Source: Solirubrobacterales bacterium (GTDB taxonomy: Bacteria; Actinomycetota; Thermoleophilia; Solirubrobacterales; 70-9). Taken from it: DNA of 64,000 bases. A program made the translations under genes and the position numbers. Shown here one piece after another: positions 52,614-62,856 of this stretch; position 1 is the stretch's first letter; each line of letters opens with the position of its first letter. The stretch lies in the NCBI GenBank assembly GCA_045805765.1, contig JBJMKN010000066.1, positions 1,377 through 65,376 on the forward strand, read 5' to 3'. Below the pieces are notes generated by a model. The model was not told the DNA's origin. It saw only the letters and a program-made list of their open reading frames with translations, and searched no databases.

Positions 52614-55600
52614 TCACTCGGTGCTGATGCTCGGGTCCGCTTGGACCTTGAGCGGGACGATCATCAGGAAGTTGCTCGTTGCGTCGGCCGCTAGGTCGAG
52701 GACTCGCTTGGCCTCGTCATCCTGGCCGGTTGCTTCGAGCTCCTTCGCGTAGCCGCCGAGGAGGTCGTCTAGGTCGAAGAGGGCCTCGTTGTCTAGGTCC
52801 TTGAGTTCGACTTTGGCGCCCTTGCCTAGGCGGCGTTCGATGGCGGGGCGGTCGATGCCGAAGGCGTTCTGGCGGACGTAGACGCGGCCGCCGGTCATGC
52901 CAGCGCAGGCCCAGGGGCCGATGTCGCCGAGGACGACGGCGCGGCCGCTGGTCATGTACTCGAAGGCAAAGCCCTTGGCGTTGGCGCGGTCGGCGAGGGC
53001 ACCGCGGCTGTCGTCGATCGGCCCCTCGGGCTCACCCGCCAGCACCACGTCGGCGCCGGAGAGGCGGATGCAGAAGCGCGAGTCGGCGCTCCCCTGGACG
53101 TGGAGCTTGCCGCGCTGGGCGCCATAGGCGAAGGACTTGCCGACCGAGCCGTTGAGGCGGCGGCCTTTCGCGCCCTTGCCCTTGAGGATCGAGATCGAGC
53201 CGCCGAGCATCGCCTTGCCGACGCCGTCCTGGGCGCCGCCCTCGATGCGGATGTCGACCCCGTAGGAGTTGAAGGCGCCGAGGCCCTGGCCGGCGACCGA
53301 GCCGCCGTTGAACTCGAGGCTCGCGAGCGAGTCGGCTTCCTCGCCGGCGGGGCCGCCGTCGAAGATCCGCCACCTCGCCAGCGCCCCCGCCAGCTCGGTC
53401 CCGAGCACGCGGTCGTTGGCGTCGGTCGCGCGCGGGAACTGGCTGCGGACAGGGCCATTACCGCCGCCGCCGCAGACTTCCGGCGCCAGCGCCGCGATCT
53501 GGCTCGAGGCCTCCTTCGCCTCCATCCGGATCGGCCGCGCCATCACGAGGCCGGCTTCGGCGCGCCCCTCGGCCTCCTCGGCGACCGGCAGGTCGAGCGG
53601 TTCGAGGTCGAGGTGCTCCTCCAGCGGTTCGATCAACGGCGTCAGGTCGATCTGGTCCTTCATCGCCGCCTGCTCGAGCAGGTCGTAGCGGCCGACCAGG
53701 TCCTGGGCGCGCTCGTAGCCGAGCGAGGCGACGACCTGCTTGACCTCCTCCCCCATCGAGGAGAAGAAGCGGGCGCAGCTCTCGGCGGCGCGGTCGACCT
53801 CCTGCGGGGTGAACTTCTTCAGCCCGTGGGCCTGCGCTTCCTCCGGCGTCTCGATCTGGGTCGCGATGCCGACGTGGCAGGTGTCGAGCTGGCAGCCGCG
53901 GCAGATCGTGCAGCCGAGGCTGACCATCGCCAGGGTGCCGAAGCCGACGCGGTTGGCGCCGAGGCAGTGCAATTTGACGATGTCGTGGCCGGTCCGGTAG
54001 CCGCCGTCGGCCCAGATCTCGACCCGGTTGCGCAGCCCGGCCTCCATCAGCGCCCGGTGCACAGCGCGGGTCCCGATGTCGCTCGGCAGGCCGACGTGGC
54101 GCAGGGCGTGCTGGCGCGCGGCGCCGGTGCCGCCCTCGAAGCCCGAGAGGGTGATGATGTCGGCGCCGGCCTTGGCGATCCCGAGCCCGATCGTGCCGAT
54201 GTTCGGCACCACCGGGACCTTGACCGAGACCCGTACGTCCGGGTTGACGGTCTTCAGCTCGTCGATCAGCTCGGCCAGGTCCTCGATCGAGTAGAGGTCG
54301 TGGTTGTTGGAGGGCGAGATCAGGTCGGTGCCGGGGGCGGCGTTACGCGCGGCGGCGACCTTCTCGGAGACCTTCTTGCCGGGCAGGTGGCCGCCCTCTC
54401 CCGGCTTGGCGCCCTGGCCGATCTTGATCTCGGCCAGGTAGGAGGAGTTGAGCATCTCCGCCGAGACGCCGAAGCGGCCCGAGGCGACCTGCTGGCCGCG
54501 CCACTTGCGGTAATGCCCGTACATGTCGCGGATCTCGCCGCCCTCGCCGTTCACGCAGAGGATGTTGGTCGCTTTCGCCGCGTCCGCGTAGGCGCGGAAG
54601 GCCGGCTCGGACTGCGAGCCGAAGCTCATCGAGGAGATCACGATCGGGTAGTCGTGGTGGCCGACGCCGGCATCGACGTCAGCCGGATCGATCGCCGGGC
54701 GGTCGCCCTTCAGCGCCATGATGTGGCGCATCGAGATCGGGCTCTGCTTCTCCAGCTCGCGGACCTTCTCGGAGTAGTCCTCGTAGGTCCCGGTCCCGTT
54801 GGCGGTCGCGATCGCCGCCTTGTAGACCTTCGGGTAGAAGCGGAAGGTCTTCGCCGGTTTCGCCGCCGCGTCGTCGCCGGAGAGGGCGTGGGCGCGGGCG
54901 TTGGTGTCCTCGTCGAGGTCGGCGAAGCCGGTCCCCGCCTTCTCGGAGGCGGCGTAGAACTCGGTCTGGAAGATCTCCGCCAGCTCCGGCTTGATCCCGA
55001 TCGAGCTGAACTGGCGCGCGTAGCCGCGGACCTCGTGGATCCCGATCGTCGAGATCACTTTCTCGATCCCTTTGCGCAGGGCCGCGCAGAGGTTGGAGAC
55101 GTCGGACTCGTAGTCCTCGACGCAGATCACCTCGACCATCGTGTACGGGCAGACGCCGTTGGCGCCGAGCCCGAGCGCGAGCATCACGTCGTGGACGTTG
55201 CGGATCGCCGCCGAGCGGAGGACGAGGCCGCAGCGCCGGCGGAGGTTGACTTCGCCGGGCTCGACTTTGAAGCTCTTCAGCGCTTGGTCTACCGCCGAGG
55301 TCGCCAGGTGCGGGTCGAGGTAGCGGCGGTCGGCGTCGTAGACGGTGCGGTCGGTGAGGACCAGCAGCTCGCAGCCGTTGCGGGCCTTCTTCACCGCCTC
55401 CTGCTTGATCCGGTCGATCGCGCCCTTGGTCGTCTCGGACTCCAGCAGCGAGATGTCGACGGCGGCGTTGCGGCCGGCGAACTCCTCCCAGAGGTCCTCG
55501 AGCAGGTAGGTGTCGTGCTCGCGGGCGATCCTGCGGTAGGCCTTGTCCGCCAGCGGGGCCAGGCCGTGGTGGCCGCCGAGGATGACCGGGAACCCGGTTT

Positions 55601-57287
55601 CGACGGTGCCGCTGTCCTCGCCGGCGTTGTCCGGCGAGGGCCGGCGGCCGAAGAGGGTGCGGGTCGAGAAGTGCTCCAGCTCCCGTTCGCGGTCGAGCGC
55701 CGGGTTGGTGACGACGGCGACCGTCTCCTTGAAGTAGTCGGCGAGGTTCTGCCGCTCCGGCGAAAGCGCCGCCAGCGGGCCGTCGTAGCCGAGCGAGCCG
55801 ACCGGCTCGGCCCCGTTGGAGGCCATCTGCTGGACGAGTTTGACGTCGTCGCGCTGCCAGCCGAAGCCGGCGAGGACGCGGTCGGAGACCTTGACCGGCT
55901 CCTCGGGGCCGGCGTCGGAGTAGCCGGGGACGTCCTGGCCCTCGAGCGGGCCGCCGGTCTCCAGGGCGCGGTCGTAGCCGGCGACGGCCTCGGCGCCGTT
56001 CCGCGCCAGCCAGCGGTCGCGGACGATCCGCAGCATCTGGTCGTGCGCGTGCAGGGTCGAGCGGCGCTCGCCGCGCTCGATCACGACCAGCGCTTTCTCG
56101 CCCGGGGCGAGCGGCTTCGGCTCCGAGCACATCCTCGCCACCGAGACGACGCCCGGCTCGGAGCTGAAGACGAAGTCGTCTTCGGTCTCGACCTGCCAGA
56201 GCGGGCGCAGGCCCATCGCGTCGGCGGAGAAGACGCACTCGTCTCCCTGGCGGGCGATCAGCGCCACCGGGCCCTGCGCGAACGGCCCCATCGTCTGGTG
56301 CAGGTACATGTAGAAGGCGTGCAGGTCCTCGGGGAGGCCGCGGATCTCGTTGACGATCGGCGGCACCACCATCTCCATCGCCTCGGCGAGGCTGAAGCCC
56401 TCGCGGCTGACCAGGGTGTCGATCGTCCGGTTCAGGTCCTGGGAGTCCGAGGAGCCGGGCTGGATCGGCACCGCCAGCATCTTCGCCTCCTGGCGCAGCT
56501 GCTGGATCGTGTTGATCTCGCCGTTGTGGCCGAGGACGGAGAACGGCTGCACCCGTTTGAAGGAGGGCCAGGTGTTGGTCGAGTAGCGGTTGTGGCCGAA
56601 GCAGCCGATCGTCTCGAAGCGCGGGTCGACGAGGTCCGGGTAGTACTCGCCGAGGACGTTCGGCGCGCCCATCACCTTGTAGACGCAGGTGGTGGCCGAG
56701 AAGGAGGGGACATGGACGTCGAGCTCTTTCTCCAAGGCGATCATCAGGTCGAAGAGGACCGTGTCGCGGGACTCGGCGTCGGGGACGAGGCCGCCGAGCT
56801 GCCAGAAGATCGGCTCCTCCTCGCGCGCGGTCGGGCCCAGCGCCGGCGAGTTGACGACGCCGACGCGCTCGGAGAGGACGCGGAAGCCGCCCGAGGCGAG
56901 CAGCTCGCGGGCGTCGTGCTTGACCTTCTCGACGTCCTGGGAGCGCTCGATGAAGACGTGGGCTACGGCGAAGGCGTCGTCGGTCGCGAGCGAGGGGTCG
57001 TGGCCGCCGGAGCGGACCTCCTCGGCCCAGATCTTGCGCGGGATGTCGAGCAGGAGGCCGCAACCGTCCCCCTCCCCGTCGACGTTGCCGGCGCGGTGGA
57101 GCATCTTCTGCAGGGCTGGGATCGCCAGCTCGATCGGTTCATGGCTCGGCGTCGCGTCCTTGCGGACGGAGGCGTAGATGGCACAGGCGTCCTTGTCCTC
57201 GACGCTGGGCGGAGAGACAAGCGGCCTGTAGGGACGCTCTGGCGAGTAGCGCTCGACGCGAGCGCCGCGATCGGACTGGGCCTTCAA
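52614..57287 (-). CDS. gltB: Glutamate synthase large subunit (all four domains: Ntn amidotransferase, central, FMN/3Fe-4S, GXGXG)
   Basis: ORF 52614..57308. TTG 57287 is preceded by GGGAGG with a 6-nt spacer. The Ntn Cys context is KDACAIYAS. Also GHNRYSTNT, LVSLGCTICRGCQLDTCHVG (3Fe-4S Cys) and the GXGXG domain AGQGLGAFNSYGVDIRIEGGAQDGVGKAMLGG. Confidence 0.9.
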   Translation of the reverse strand: MKAQSDRGARVERYSPERPYRPLVSPPSVEDKDACAIYASVRKDATPSHEPIELAIPALQKMLHRAGNVDGEGDGCGLLLDIPRKIWAEEVRSGGHDPSLATDDAFAVAHVFIERSQDVEKVKHDARELLASGGFRVLSERVGVVNSPALGPTAREEEPIFWQLGGLVPDAESRDTVLFDLMIALEKELDVHVPSFSATTCVYKVMGAPNVLGEYYPDLVDPRFETIGCFGHNRYSTNTWPSFKRVQPFSVLGHNGEINTIQQLRQEAKMLAVPIQPGSSDSQDLNRTIDTLVSREGFSLAEAMEMVVPPIVNEIRGLPEDLHAFYMYLHQTMGPFAQGPVALIARQGDECVFSADAMGLRPLWQVETEDDFVFSSEPGVVSVARMCSEPKPLAPGEKALVVIERGERRSTLHAHDQMLRIVRDRWLARNGAEAVAGYDRALETGGPLEGQDVPGYSDAGPEEPVKVSDRVLAGFGWQRDDVKLVQQMASNGAEPVGSLGYDGPLAALSPERQNLADYFKETVAVVTNPALDRERELEHFSTRTLFGRRPSPDNAGEDSGTVETGFPVILGGHHGLAPLADKAYRRIAREHDTYLLEDLWEEFAGRNAAVDISLLESETTKGAIDRIKQEAVKKARNGCELLVLTDRTVYDADRRYLDPHLATSAVDQALKSFKVEPGEVNLRRRCGLVLRSAAIRNVHDVMLALGLGANGVCPYTMVEVICVEDYESDVSNLCAALRKGIEKVISTIGIHEVRGYARQFSSIGIKPELAEIFQTEFYAASEKAGTGFADLDEDTNARAHALSGDDAAAKPAKTFRFYPKVYKAAIATANGTGTYEDYSEKVRELEKQSPISMRHIMALKGDRPAIDPADVDAGVGHHDYPIVISSMSFGSQSEPAFRAYADAAKATNILCVNGEGGEIRDMYGHYRKWRGQQVASGRFGVSAEMLNSSYLAEIKIGQGAKPGEGGHLPGKKVSEKVAAARNAAPGTDLISPSNNHDLYSIEDLAELIDELKTVNPDVRVSVKVPVVPNIGTIGLGIAKAGADIITLSGFEGGTGAARQHALRHVGLPSDIGTRAVHRALMEAGLRNRVEIWADGGYRTGHDIVKLHCLGANRVGFGTLAMVSLGCTICRGCQLDTCHVGIATQIETPEEAQAHGLKKFTPQEVDRAAESCARFFSSMGEEVKQVVASLGYERAQDLVGRYDLLEQAAMKDQIDLTPLIEPLEEHLDLEPLDLPVAEEAEGRAEAGLVMARPIRMEAKEASSQIAALAPEVCGGGGNGPVRSQFPRATDANDRVLGTELAGALARWRIFDGGPAGEEADSLASLEFNGGSVAGQGLGAFNSYGVDIRIEGGAQDGVGKAMLGGSISILKGKGAKGRRLNGSVGKSFAYGAQRGKLHVQGSADSRFCIRLSGADVVLAGEPEGPIDDSRGALADRANAKGFAFEYMTSGRAVVLGDIGPWACAGMTGGRVYVRQNAFGIDRPAIERRLGKGAKVELKDLDNEALFDLDDLLGGYAKELEATGQDDEAKRVLDLAADATSNFLMIVPLKVQADPSISTE

Positions 57288-57365
57288 TTTTGACCTCCCG
57301 GGTTCCACGCCTTCTTCGAGCGGGCGCGCGACGGGGTTAACAAGTTTCCGGATTATAGGGCGCAG

Positions 57366-57740
57366 TCAAGCCCAGGACATCGGCTTGTAGCCACCGTCGG
57401 GCTCGACCCCGATCAGCATCGCCGTTACCGGGGCGTCGGAGCGGTTGAGGATCGTCCGCTTCGCCGCCGGCTCGAGCGAGACGAAGGTGCCACCTGGCGC
57501 CGGGTGGTCCTCCCCGTCGAGCCGCATCACCGCCTCGCCCTCGAGGATCACGTAGAGCTCCACCTGCCCGCTCTGCGCCTCGTCGTGCTCGGGGATCTGC
57601 CCCCCGGGCGCGATCTCGACCAGGTTGTAGCCGAAGGCGGCAGTGCCGAGCGCTTTGCGCGCGAGCAGCCACGTCGACTCGCCCGACCCCTCCATCCGCT
57701 CGAACTCGTCGCGGTGCTTGATCGTGTAGTTCGCAGCCAT
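57366..57740 (-). CDS. Cupin-domain protein
   Basis: ORF track. The cupin motifs are GGQIPEHDEAQSGQVELYVILEG and GTFVSLEPAAKRTILN. Confidence 0.75.
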   Translation of the reverse strand: MAANYTIKHRDEFERMEGSGESTWLLARKALGTAAFGYNLVEIAPGGQIPEHDEAQSGQVELYVILEGEAVMRLDGEDHPAPGGTFVSLEPAAKRTILNRSDAPVTAMLIGVEPDGGYKPMSWA

Positions 57741-57760
57741 TACGTTCGACCCTAGCCCTG

Positions 57761-58201
57761 ATGACCGATCCGAGCAAGGACTCAGCCGAGGCGCTGCAGG
57801 AAGCGATCGATCGCTACAACGCGGCCTGGAACGACCACGACCTCGACGCGATCATGGCGATGCACGCGCCGGACATGGTCTTCGACAACCACACCGCCGG
57901 GGAGTCGGCCGAAGGCGAGGCGGCCCGCGCCCACATCGGCTCGATCTTCGAGACCTGGCCCGACATCGAGTTCACGACCCGGCGCCTCTACGTGCGGGAA
58001 GGGCTGGTCGTCCAGGAATGGACCGCGGCCGCCACCCACGCGAACACGATGCGCCGCGGCGACCTAGTCGCCGAGCCGACCGGGAAGCGGATCGTCTGGG
58101 ACGGCCTCGACGTCATCCCCTTCGAGAACGGCCTCGTCAAGCGCAAGGACGTCTACTCCGACAGCGTCTCGATTCTGCGCCAGGTGGGATTGATCGAGTA
58201 G
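57761..58201 (+). CDS. SnoaL-like / NTF2-fold (ester cyclase-like) protein
   Basis: ORF track. AIDRYNAAWNDHDLDAIMAMHAPDMVFDNH...ETWPDIEFTTRRLYV. Confidence 0.75.
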   Translation: MTDPSKDSAEALQEAIDRYNAAWNDHDLDAIMAMHAPDMVFDNHTAGESAEGEAARAHIGSIFETWPDIEFTTRRLYVREGLVVQEWTAAATHANTMRRGDLVAEPTGKRIVWDGLDVIPFENGLVKRKDVYSDSVSILRQVGLIE

Positions 58202-58205
58202 CCGT

Positions 58206-58240
58206 GTCGACTTTGTTCGGCTATTCCGAACAAAGTCGAC
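58206..58240. terminator. Perfect 15-bp stem-loop between convergent genes (bidirectional terminator-like, no U-tract)
   Basis: GTCGACTTTGTTCGG-ctatt-CCGAACAAAGTCGAC. It lies 5 nt after the SnoaL-like stop and 7 nt after the TolB-like stop. Confidence 0.6.
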
Positions 58241-58246
58241 ATCGCC

Positions 58247-59302
58247 TCAGCGGCTCCAGCTCGGTTCGAAGGCTTCCTTGACGAGCGTCTTTGGTTTTCC
58301 GCCCGCGTAGGGAACCGTCTGGACCTTGTGGTTCTTCAAACCCGGGTCGAAGCCGCCGTTGAAGCCGAGGACGAGGTTGCCGTCGGCGGAGAGGCCGGTG
58401 CCGACGAAGCCGCTCTCGCCCGCGCCGGCGACCGGGCGCTGGGCGCCCGTCTTCGGGTTGACGACGACGGCGTAGCTGGTGTCCTGGCCCTCGAACTCGG
58501 CCAGCAGGTGTGACCCGTTGGCTGACCAGTCGGTCGGGAAGAGGCCCTGGAGCAATTCGGGGACCTTGGTGTGGGTGAGGCGCTTGACGCCCTTGCCCTG
58601 CGGGCTCATCAGGAAGAGCTCGTTCTTGCCCCCGTACTGGCGCTTCTTCTCTTCCAGGGTCTTGACGAAGACGATCTTCTCCGGGCCCCAGAGCGGCTGC
58701 GAGGAGCGATGGTCCTTGGTCAGGCGAACCGGTTCCGGCGCCCGCACGTTGACGACGCCGGGGATCGGCACCGGGAGGCGGAAGACGTCGCTGCGCGGCG
58801 GGAACTTTTCGCTCTTCGCCACCGAGTAGGCGATTTCGGTGCTGTCGGGAGAGAAGCTGAAGCCGCTGAAGAAGCCGGTGGCGATGACGCTCTGCTTGCC
58901 ACTGGCGACGTCGATGACGACGAGGTTGCGCTTGCCGAGTTCAGGCCCGCGCAGCGCCGCGATCGTCTTCGAGTCAGGCGACCAGGCCAGGTAGAAGGCT
59001 TCGCGGAAGTTGGTCATCAGGGTCGTCCCCGCGCCCCCCGTGGCCGGAGCGAGCTTCAGTTCCTGCGCAAACTTCGGCCCTTCGTGCAGGTAGGCGACCC
59101 AGGCGCCATCGGGAGAGACGCGCGGGTTGTGCCCCTTGTCGACCTTCTTCGCCCCCGAGCCGTCGTCGTTCGCCACGTAGACCGTCGCGTCGAAGGGGTT
59201 CTTGACGTAGGCGAGGGTCGCTCCGGCGAGCGCCGGAAACGCAAGCAGCGCAGCGAGGACGAGGGCGGGCAGGAGCAGCTTCGGCTTCGGGAAGGTCGGC
59301 AT
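58247..59302 (-). CDS. Secreted TolB-like beta-propeller (PD40/WD40-like repeat) protein
   Basis: ORF track. The signal peptide is LLLPALVLAALLAFPALAGA. SPDG/SPDS repeats recur (RVSPDGAWVAY, WSPDSKTIA, FSPDSTEIAY). Confidence 0.75.
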   Translation of the reverse strand: MPTFPKPKLLLPALVLAALLAFPALAGATLAYVKNPFDATVYVANDDGSGAKKVDKGHNPRVSPDGAWVAYLHEGPKFAQELKLAPATGGAGTTLMTNFREAFYLAWSPDSKTIAALRGPELGKRNLVVIDVASGKQSVIATGFFSGFSFSPDSTEIAYSVAKSEKFPPRSDVFRLPVPIPGVVNVRAPEPVRLTKDHRSSQPLWGPEKIVFVKTLEEKKRQYGGKNELFLMSPQGKGVKRLTHTKVPELLQGLFPTDWSANGSHLLAEFEGQDTSYAVVVNPKTGAQRPVAGAGESGFVGTGLSADGNLVLGFNGGFDPGLKNHKVQTVPYAGGKPKTLVKEAFEPSWSR

Positions 59303-59312
59303 GCGCGCGATG

Positions 59313-59690
59313 CTATCCCGGCCCGATGATGGCGGCGACGACCAAGCCGCCGCTGACGCCGACGAAGGAGACGACCGCGAGCGCCCGGTACCAGAGGCGC
59401 TTGTCGACCTCGGGATCGAAGGCGGGCGGGACGAAGAGGAGCGGGTTGACGAAGGTTCCGAAGACGAGCGCCGCGGCGACCGCGGTCGGCAGGTCGGGGA
59501 CCGCCAGCCCGACGCCGATCAGGATCAGGCCCATCATCACGTAGTCGAGGTGGACCTGGCGGATCCGCTGCGGAGCGACGACCCCGATCCGGCGCAGCCA
59601 CTCCGGCTTCTCGCCGCGGATCACCATCGCCCAGCCGAGCAGGCCGCCGAGCGCAAGCTCGATCAACCCGATGCGGATGACCCAGTCCAT
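59313..59690 (-). CDS. Hypothetical integral membrane protein (about 4 TM)
   Basis: ORF track. Hydrophobic segments and GC3-rich codons. It lies 2 nt downstream of thrB. Confidence 0.55.
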   Translation of the reverse strand: MDWVIRIGLIELALGGLLGWAMVIRGEKPEWLRRIGVVAPQRIRQVHLDYVMMGLILIGVGLAVPDLPTAVAAALVFGTFVNPLLFVPPAFDPEVDKRLWYRALAVVSFVGVSGGLVVAAIIGPG

Positions 59691-59692
59691 GG

Positions 59693-60571
59693 CTACAGCT
59701 CGGGGACGTCGGCGCCGAGGGGGCTGAAAGGCAGCCGCTTGATCTCGGCCCAGCCCCCGCAGCGCTCCTCCAGGGCCGCGGCGACGTTGCCGGCGTCCTG
59801 CCAGGTGGTCCAGACGAGGACGGTCGGGCCGGCGCCGGAGATCGTCGCCCCCAGCGCGCCCAGCTCGCGGGCCGAGTCGACGATCTCCATCGAGCGCGGG
59901 TAGAGGTCGCGGCGGCGGTCCTGGTGGATGTCGTCGCGGAGGCCGCGGGCGAGCAGGTCGAGGTCGGCGCTACGCAGGCCGAGGACCAGCATCGCCGCGG
60001 CGGAGACGTTGGCGACGGCGTCGGCGAGCGGCACTTCGGCCGGGATCGCCTCCCGCGCCCGCTCGGTCGAGACTTCCTCGGGCGGGATCACGACGATCCC
60101 CTCGAGTCCCTCGGGCGGGTCGAAGCGGGCGGCGGTCGGACCGTCCTCTCCGTCGGCGCAGACGACGAAGCCGCCGTAGATCGCCGCCGCGACGTTGTCG
60201 GGATGACCCTCGATCGCGGTCGCCCGAGCGAGCATCTCCTCCTTGGTCAGCGCCAGCTCGTAGAGGTGGTCGGCGGCGTAGAGGCCGGCGACGATCGCCG
60301 CCGAGCTGGAGCCGAGCCCCCGCGCCAGCGGGATCTCGCTGCGCAGCCGGAAGGCGATCCCGTCGGCAGGGCGCAAGCTCTCGAAGGCGCGCACGATGAG
60401 GTTGTCGCGCCCGGTCGGGACGTCCAGCCCACCTGGGTCGAAGGAGAACTCGCCGCTCTCCTCCACCTCCAGCTCCAGGTGCATCGCCATCGCCGCCGCC
60501 ATCGCGTCGTAGCCGGGGCCGAGGTTGGCCGAGGAGGCGGGGACGCGGACGAGCCGGTGGCGCGCGGTCAC
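59693..60571 (-). CDS. thrB: Homoserine kinase
   Basis: ORF track. GHMP kinase motifs SSANLGPGYD and PLARGLGSSSAAIVAG. Confidence 0.9.
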   Translation of the reverse strand: MTARHRLVRVPASSANLGPGYDAMAAAMAMHLELEVEESGEFSFDPGGLDVPTGRDNLIVRAFESLRPADGIAFRLRSEIPLARGLGSSSAAIVAGLYAADHLYELALTKEEMLARATAIEGHPDNVAAAIYGGFVVCADGEDGPTAARFDPPEGLEGIVVIPPEEVSTERAREAIPAEVPLADAVANVSAAAMLVLGLRSADLDLLARGLRDDIHQDRRRDLYPRSMEIVDSARELGALGATISGAGPTVLVWTTWQDAGNVAAALEERCGGWAEIKRLPFSPLGADVPEL

Positions 60572-60581
60572 GCTGTCGAAC

Positions 60582-61616
60582 CTAGTCGAAGACGGCGCGC
60601 TCGACGGCGCTGAGGTCGTTGTCGCAGTTGATCACCGCGGGGGCTTTGGAGAGGGCGGTGTCGGGGTCCTTGAGGCCGTGGCCGGTGAGGACGCAGACGA
60701 CGGTCTCGGGCTTCGCTGCGCCCTCGACGACCGGGAGGCCGTGGGCGAGGAGGCCCGCGACCGAGGCGGCGCTGGCCGGCTCGCAGAACACGCCTTCGTT
60801 GTCGGCCAGCCAGCGGTAGGCGTTCAAGATCTGCTCATCGGAGACGGCGGCGACGCGGCCGCGGGAGGCGGTGAAGGCCGCCATCGCCTCCTCCCAGCGG
60901 GCCGGGTTGCCGATCCGGATCGCCGAGGCGACCGTCTCGGGATTGGACACTGGCTCGCCGCGGACGAGCGGCGCCGCGCCTTCGGCCTGGAAGCCGTAGA
61001 GGATCGGGGCCGCGTCGACCTCCTGGAAGCCGCGCCAGTAGGCGGTGACGTTGCCGGCGTTGCCGACCGGGATCGCCAGCGCCCCCGGTGCAGCGCCGAG
61101 GTCCTCGACCACCTCGAACGCCGCCGTCTTCTGGCCTTCGATCCGGTGCGGGTTGACCGAGTTGACGAGCTCGATCGGGTGCTTCTGGGAGAGCTCGCGG
61201 ACGATCCGCAAGGCGTCGTCGAAGTTCCCCTGCAGGGCGACGACGCGGGCGCCGTGCATCAGCGCTTGGGCGAGCTTGCCGATCGCGATCTTGCCCTCGG
61301 GGACGATCACCGCCCCCCGCATCCCCGCCCGCGCCGCGTAGGCGGCGCAGCTAGCGGCGGTGTTGCCGGTCGAGGCGCAGATGATCGCCTCCGCCCCGCG
61401 CCCCTTGGCGCGGGAGACCGCCACCGTCATTCCCCGGTCCTTGAACGAGCCGGTCGGGTTCAGGCCCTCGAATTTGAAATAGGCTCGCGCTTCGATCCGC
61501 TCGGAGAGCCGCGGCGCTTCGATCAGCGGCGTCGACCCCTCGTTGAGGGTGACGACGGGATCGCCCGGCTCAAGCGAGAGCCGGTCCCGGTAGCGGTCGA
61601 TCAGCCCCCCGCTCAT
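60582..61616 (-). CDS. thrC: Threonine synthase
   Basis: ORF 60582..61721 trimmed to ATG 61616, which overlaps the hom stop (ATGA). NEGSTPL, the PLP-Lys motif [11 protein letters not shown] and STGNTAAS. Confidence 0.9.
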   Translation of the reverse strand: MSGGLIDRYRDRLSLEPGDPVVTLNEGSTPLIEAPRLSERIEARAYFKFEGLNPTGSFKDRGMTVAVSRAKGRGAEAIICASTGNTAASCAAYAARAGMRGAVIVPEGKIAIGKLAQALMHGARVVALQGNFDDALRIVRELSQKHPIELVNSVNPHRIEGQKTAAFEVVEDLGAAPGALAIPVGNAGNVTAYWRGFQEVDAAPILYGFQAEGAAPLVRGEPVSNPETVASAIRIGNPARWEEAMAAFTASRGRVAAVSDEQILNAYRWLADNEGVFCEPASAASVAGLLAHGLPVVEGAAKPETVVCVLTGHGLKDPDTALSKAPAVINCDNDLSAVERAVFD

Positions 61617-62851
61617 GCCGAGTACTCCTCCTCGATCACCCGTATTGACCGCGGCGGCGAGCGCAGCTCGTCCAGCTGCGCCAGCTCCTCGACGGCAGCC
61701 GCGAAGCGGGACTCGAGACACTCGTGGATCACCATCACCAGCCGCGCGTCGGAGCCGGTCCCGCGCTGGACGACGCTCTTGACCGAGACCTCGTGGTCGC
61801 CGAGGACGGTCGCCACCTGCGCCAGCACACCGGGCTGGTCGGCGACCTCGAGGTGCAGGTAGAAGGAGGAGCTGACGTCCGCGACGATCGGCAGCTCCAC
61901 CCGCGTCTCGTGCACGGGCGCGTCGCCGGCGAGGATCGAGACGACGTCGCCGAGCACCGCCGAGGCGGTCTGCAGGCCACCGGCGCCCGGCCCCGACATC
62001 GTCACCTCGCTGATCGCCGGCGCCTCGACCATGACCGCGTTGAAGGCGCCTTCGATCGGCGCCAGCGGGTGGCCGGGATAGAGGAAGCAGGGGAAGACGC
62101 GGACGCTGATGCCGCCGTCGCGCCGTTCGGCCACCCCGAGCAGCTTCAGCGAGAGGCCGAGCTCCTTGGCGTAGGCGAGGTCGTCCGGCTGGATCGCCTC
62201 GATCCCCTCGTAGGCGACCTCGGAGAGGGTGACCGGCGTGTGGAAGGCGAGGCGGGCGAGGATCGCCATCTTCGCCGCCGCGTCGGCGCCGTTGACGTCG
62301 TCGGAGGGGTCGGCCTCCGCGTAGCCAAGCTCCTGCGCCCGCGCCAGCACCTCGTCATAGCCGGCGCCGGTCGCCGCCATCTCGGAGAGGATGAAGTTGG
62401 TCGTCCCGTTGACGATCCCGAAGACCTTGGCGATCTCGGTGACGCCGAAGCTCTCCTGGATCGCCCGCACGATCGGGATCACCGCCGCCACCGCCGCCTC
62501 GAAACGCAGCTGCACCCCCGCCTCGCGGGCGACCGCAAACAGCTCGTCGCCGTGCTGGGCGAGCAGCTGCTTGTTCGCGGTGACGACCGGCTTGCCGGCG
62601 CGCAGCGCCTGCACGACGTAATCGCGCGAGGCGTCGGTCCCCCCCATCAGCTCGACGACGAGGTCGGAGCCGGCGAGGATCGCCTCGAAGTCCCCCTCGC
62701 TGCGGGTCAGCGACCCGGCGATCTCCGGCCGCCGCCCGGTCGCGGCCTCTACCGCGTCGGCGCGCTCGGCCAGCAGGTTGGCGAAGGCGGCGCCGACGGT
62801 GCCGCGGCCGAGCAGCCCGATGCGGACGGGTTTGGAGCCTTCGGAGGCCAC
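61613..62851 (-). CDS. hom: Homoserine dehydrogenase (with C-terminal ACT domain)
   Basis: ORF 61613..63424 trimmed to the in-frame GTG 62851 ([20 protein letters not shown]). [21 protein letters not shown] and the ACT region [22 protein letters not shown]. Confidence 0.9.
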   Translation of the reverse strand: MASEGSKPVRIGLLGRGTVGAAFANLLAERADAVEAATGRRPEIAGSLTRSEGDFEAILAGSDLVVELMGGTDASRDYVVQALRAGKPVVTANKQLLAQHGDELFAVAREAGVQLRFEAAVAAVIPIVRAIQESFGVTEIAKVFGIVNGTTNFILSEMAATGAGYDEVLARAQELGYAEADPSDDVNGADAAAKMAILARLAFHTPVTLSEVAYEGIEAIQPDDLAYAKELGLSLKLLGVAERRDGGISVRVFPCFLYPGHPLAPIEGAFNAVMVEAPAISEVTMSGPGAGGLQTASAVLGDVVSILAGDAPVHETRVELPIVADVSSSFYLHLEVADQPGVLAQVATVLGDHEVSVKSVVQRGTGSDARLVMVIHECLESRFAAAVEELAQLDELRSPPRSIRVIEEEYSA

Positions 62852-62856
62852 GGCGC

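Noticed and set aside
53100-57293. 1397-aa plus-strand ORF and 794-aa minus-strand out-of-frame ORF (54679..57063) over gltB
   Set aside because: They are antisense or out of frame to a glutamate synthase gene whose four domains are all recognisable. The translations are low-complexity.
57352-57357. TATAAT hexamer (minus strand) upstream of gltB as a promoter -10
   Set aside because: There is no acceptable -35 at 16-18 nt spacing (a TTGACT lies only 6 nt away). It is plausible but unsupported, so it is not listed as a feature.
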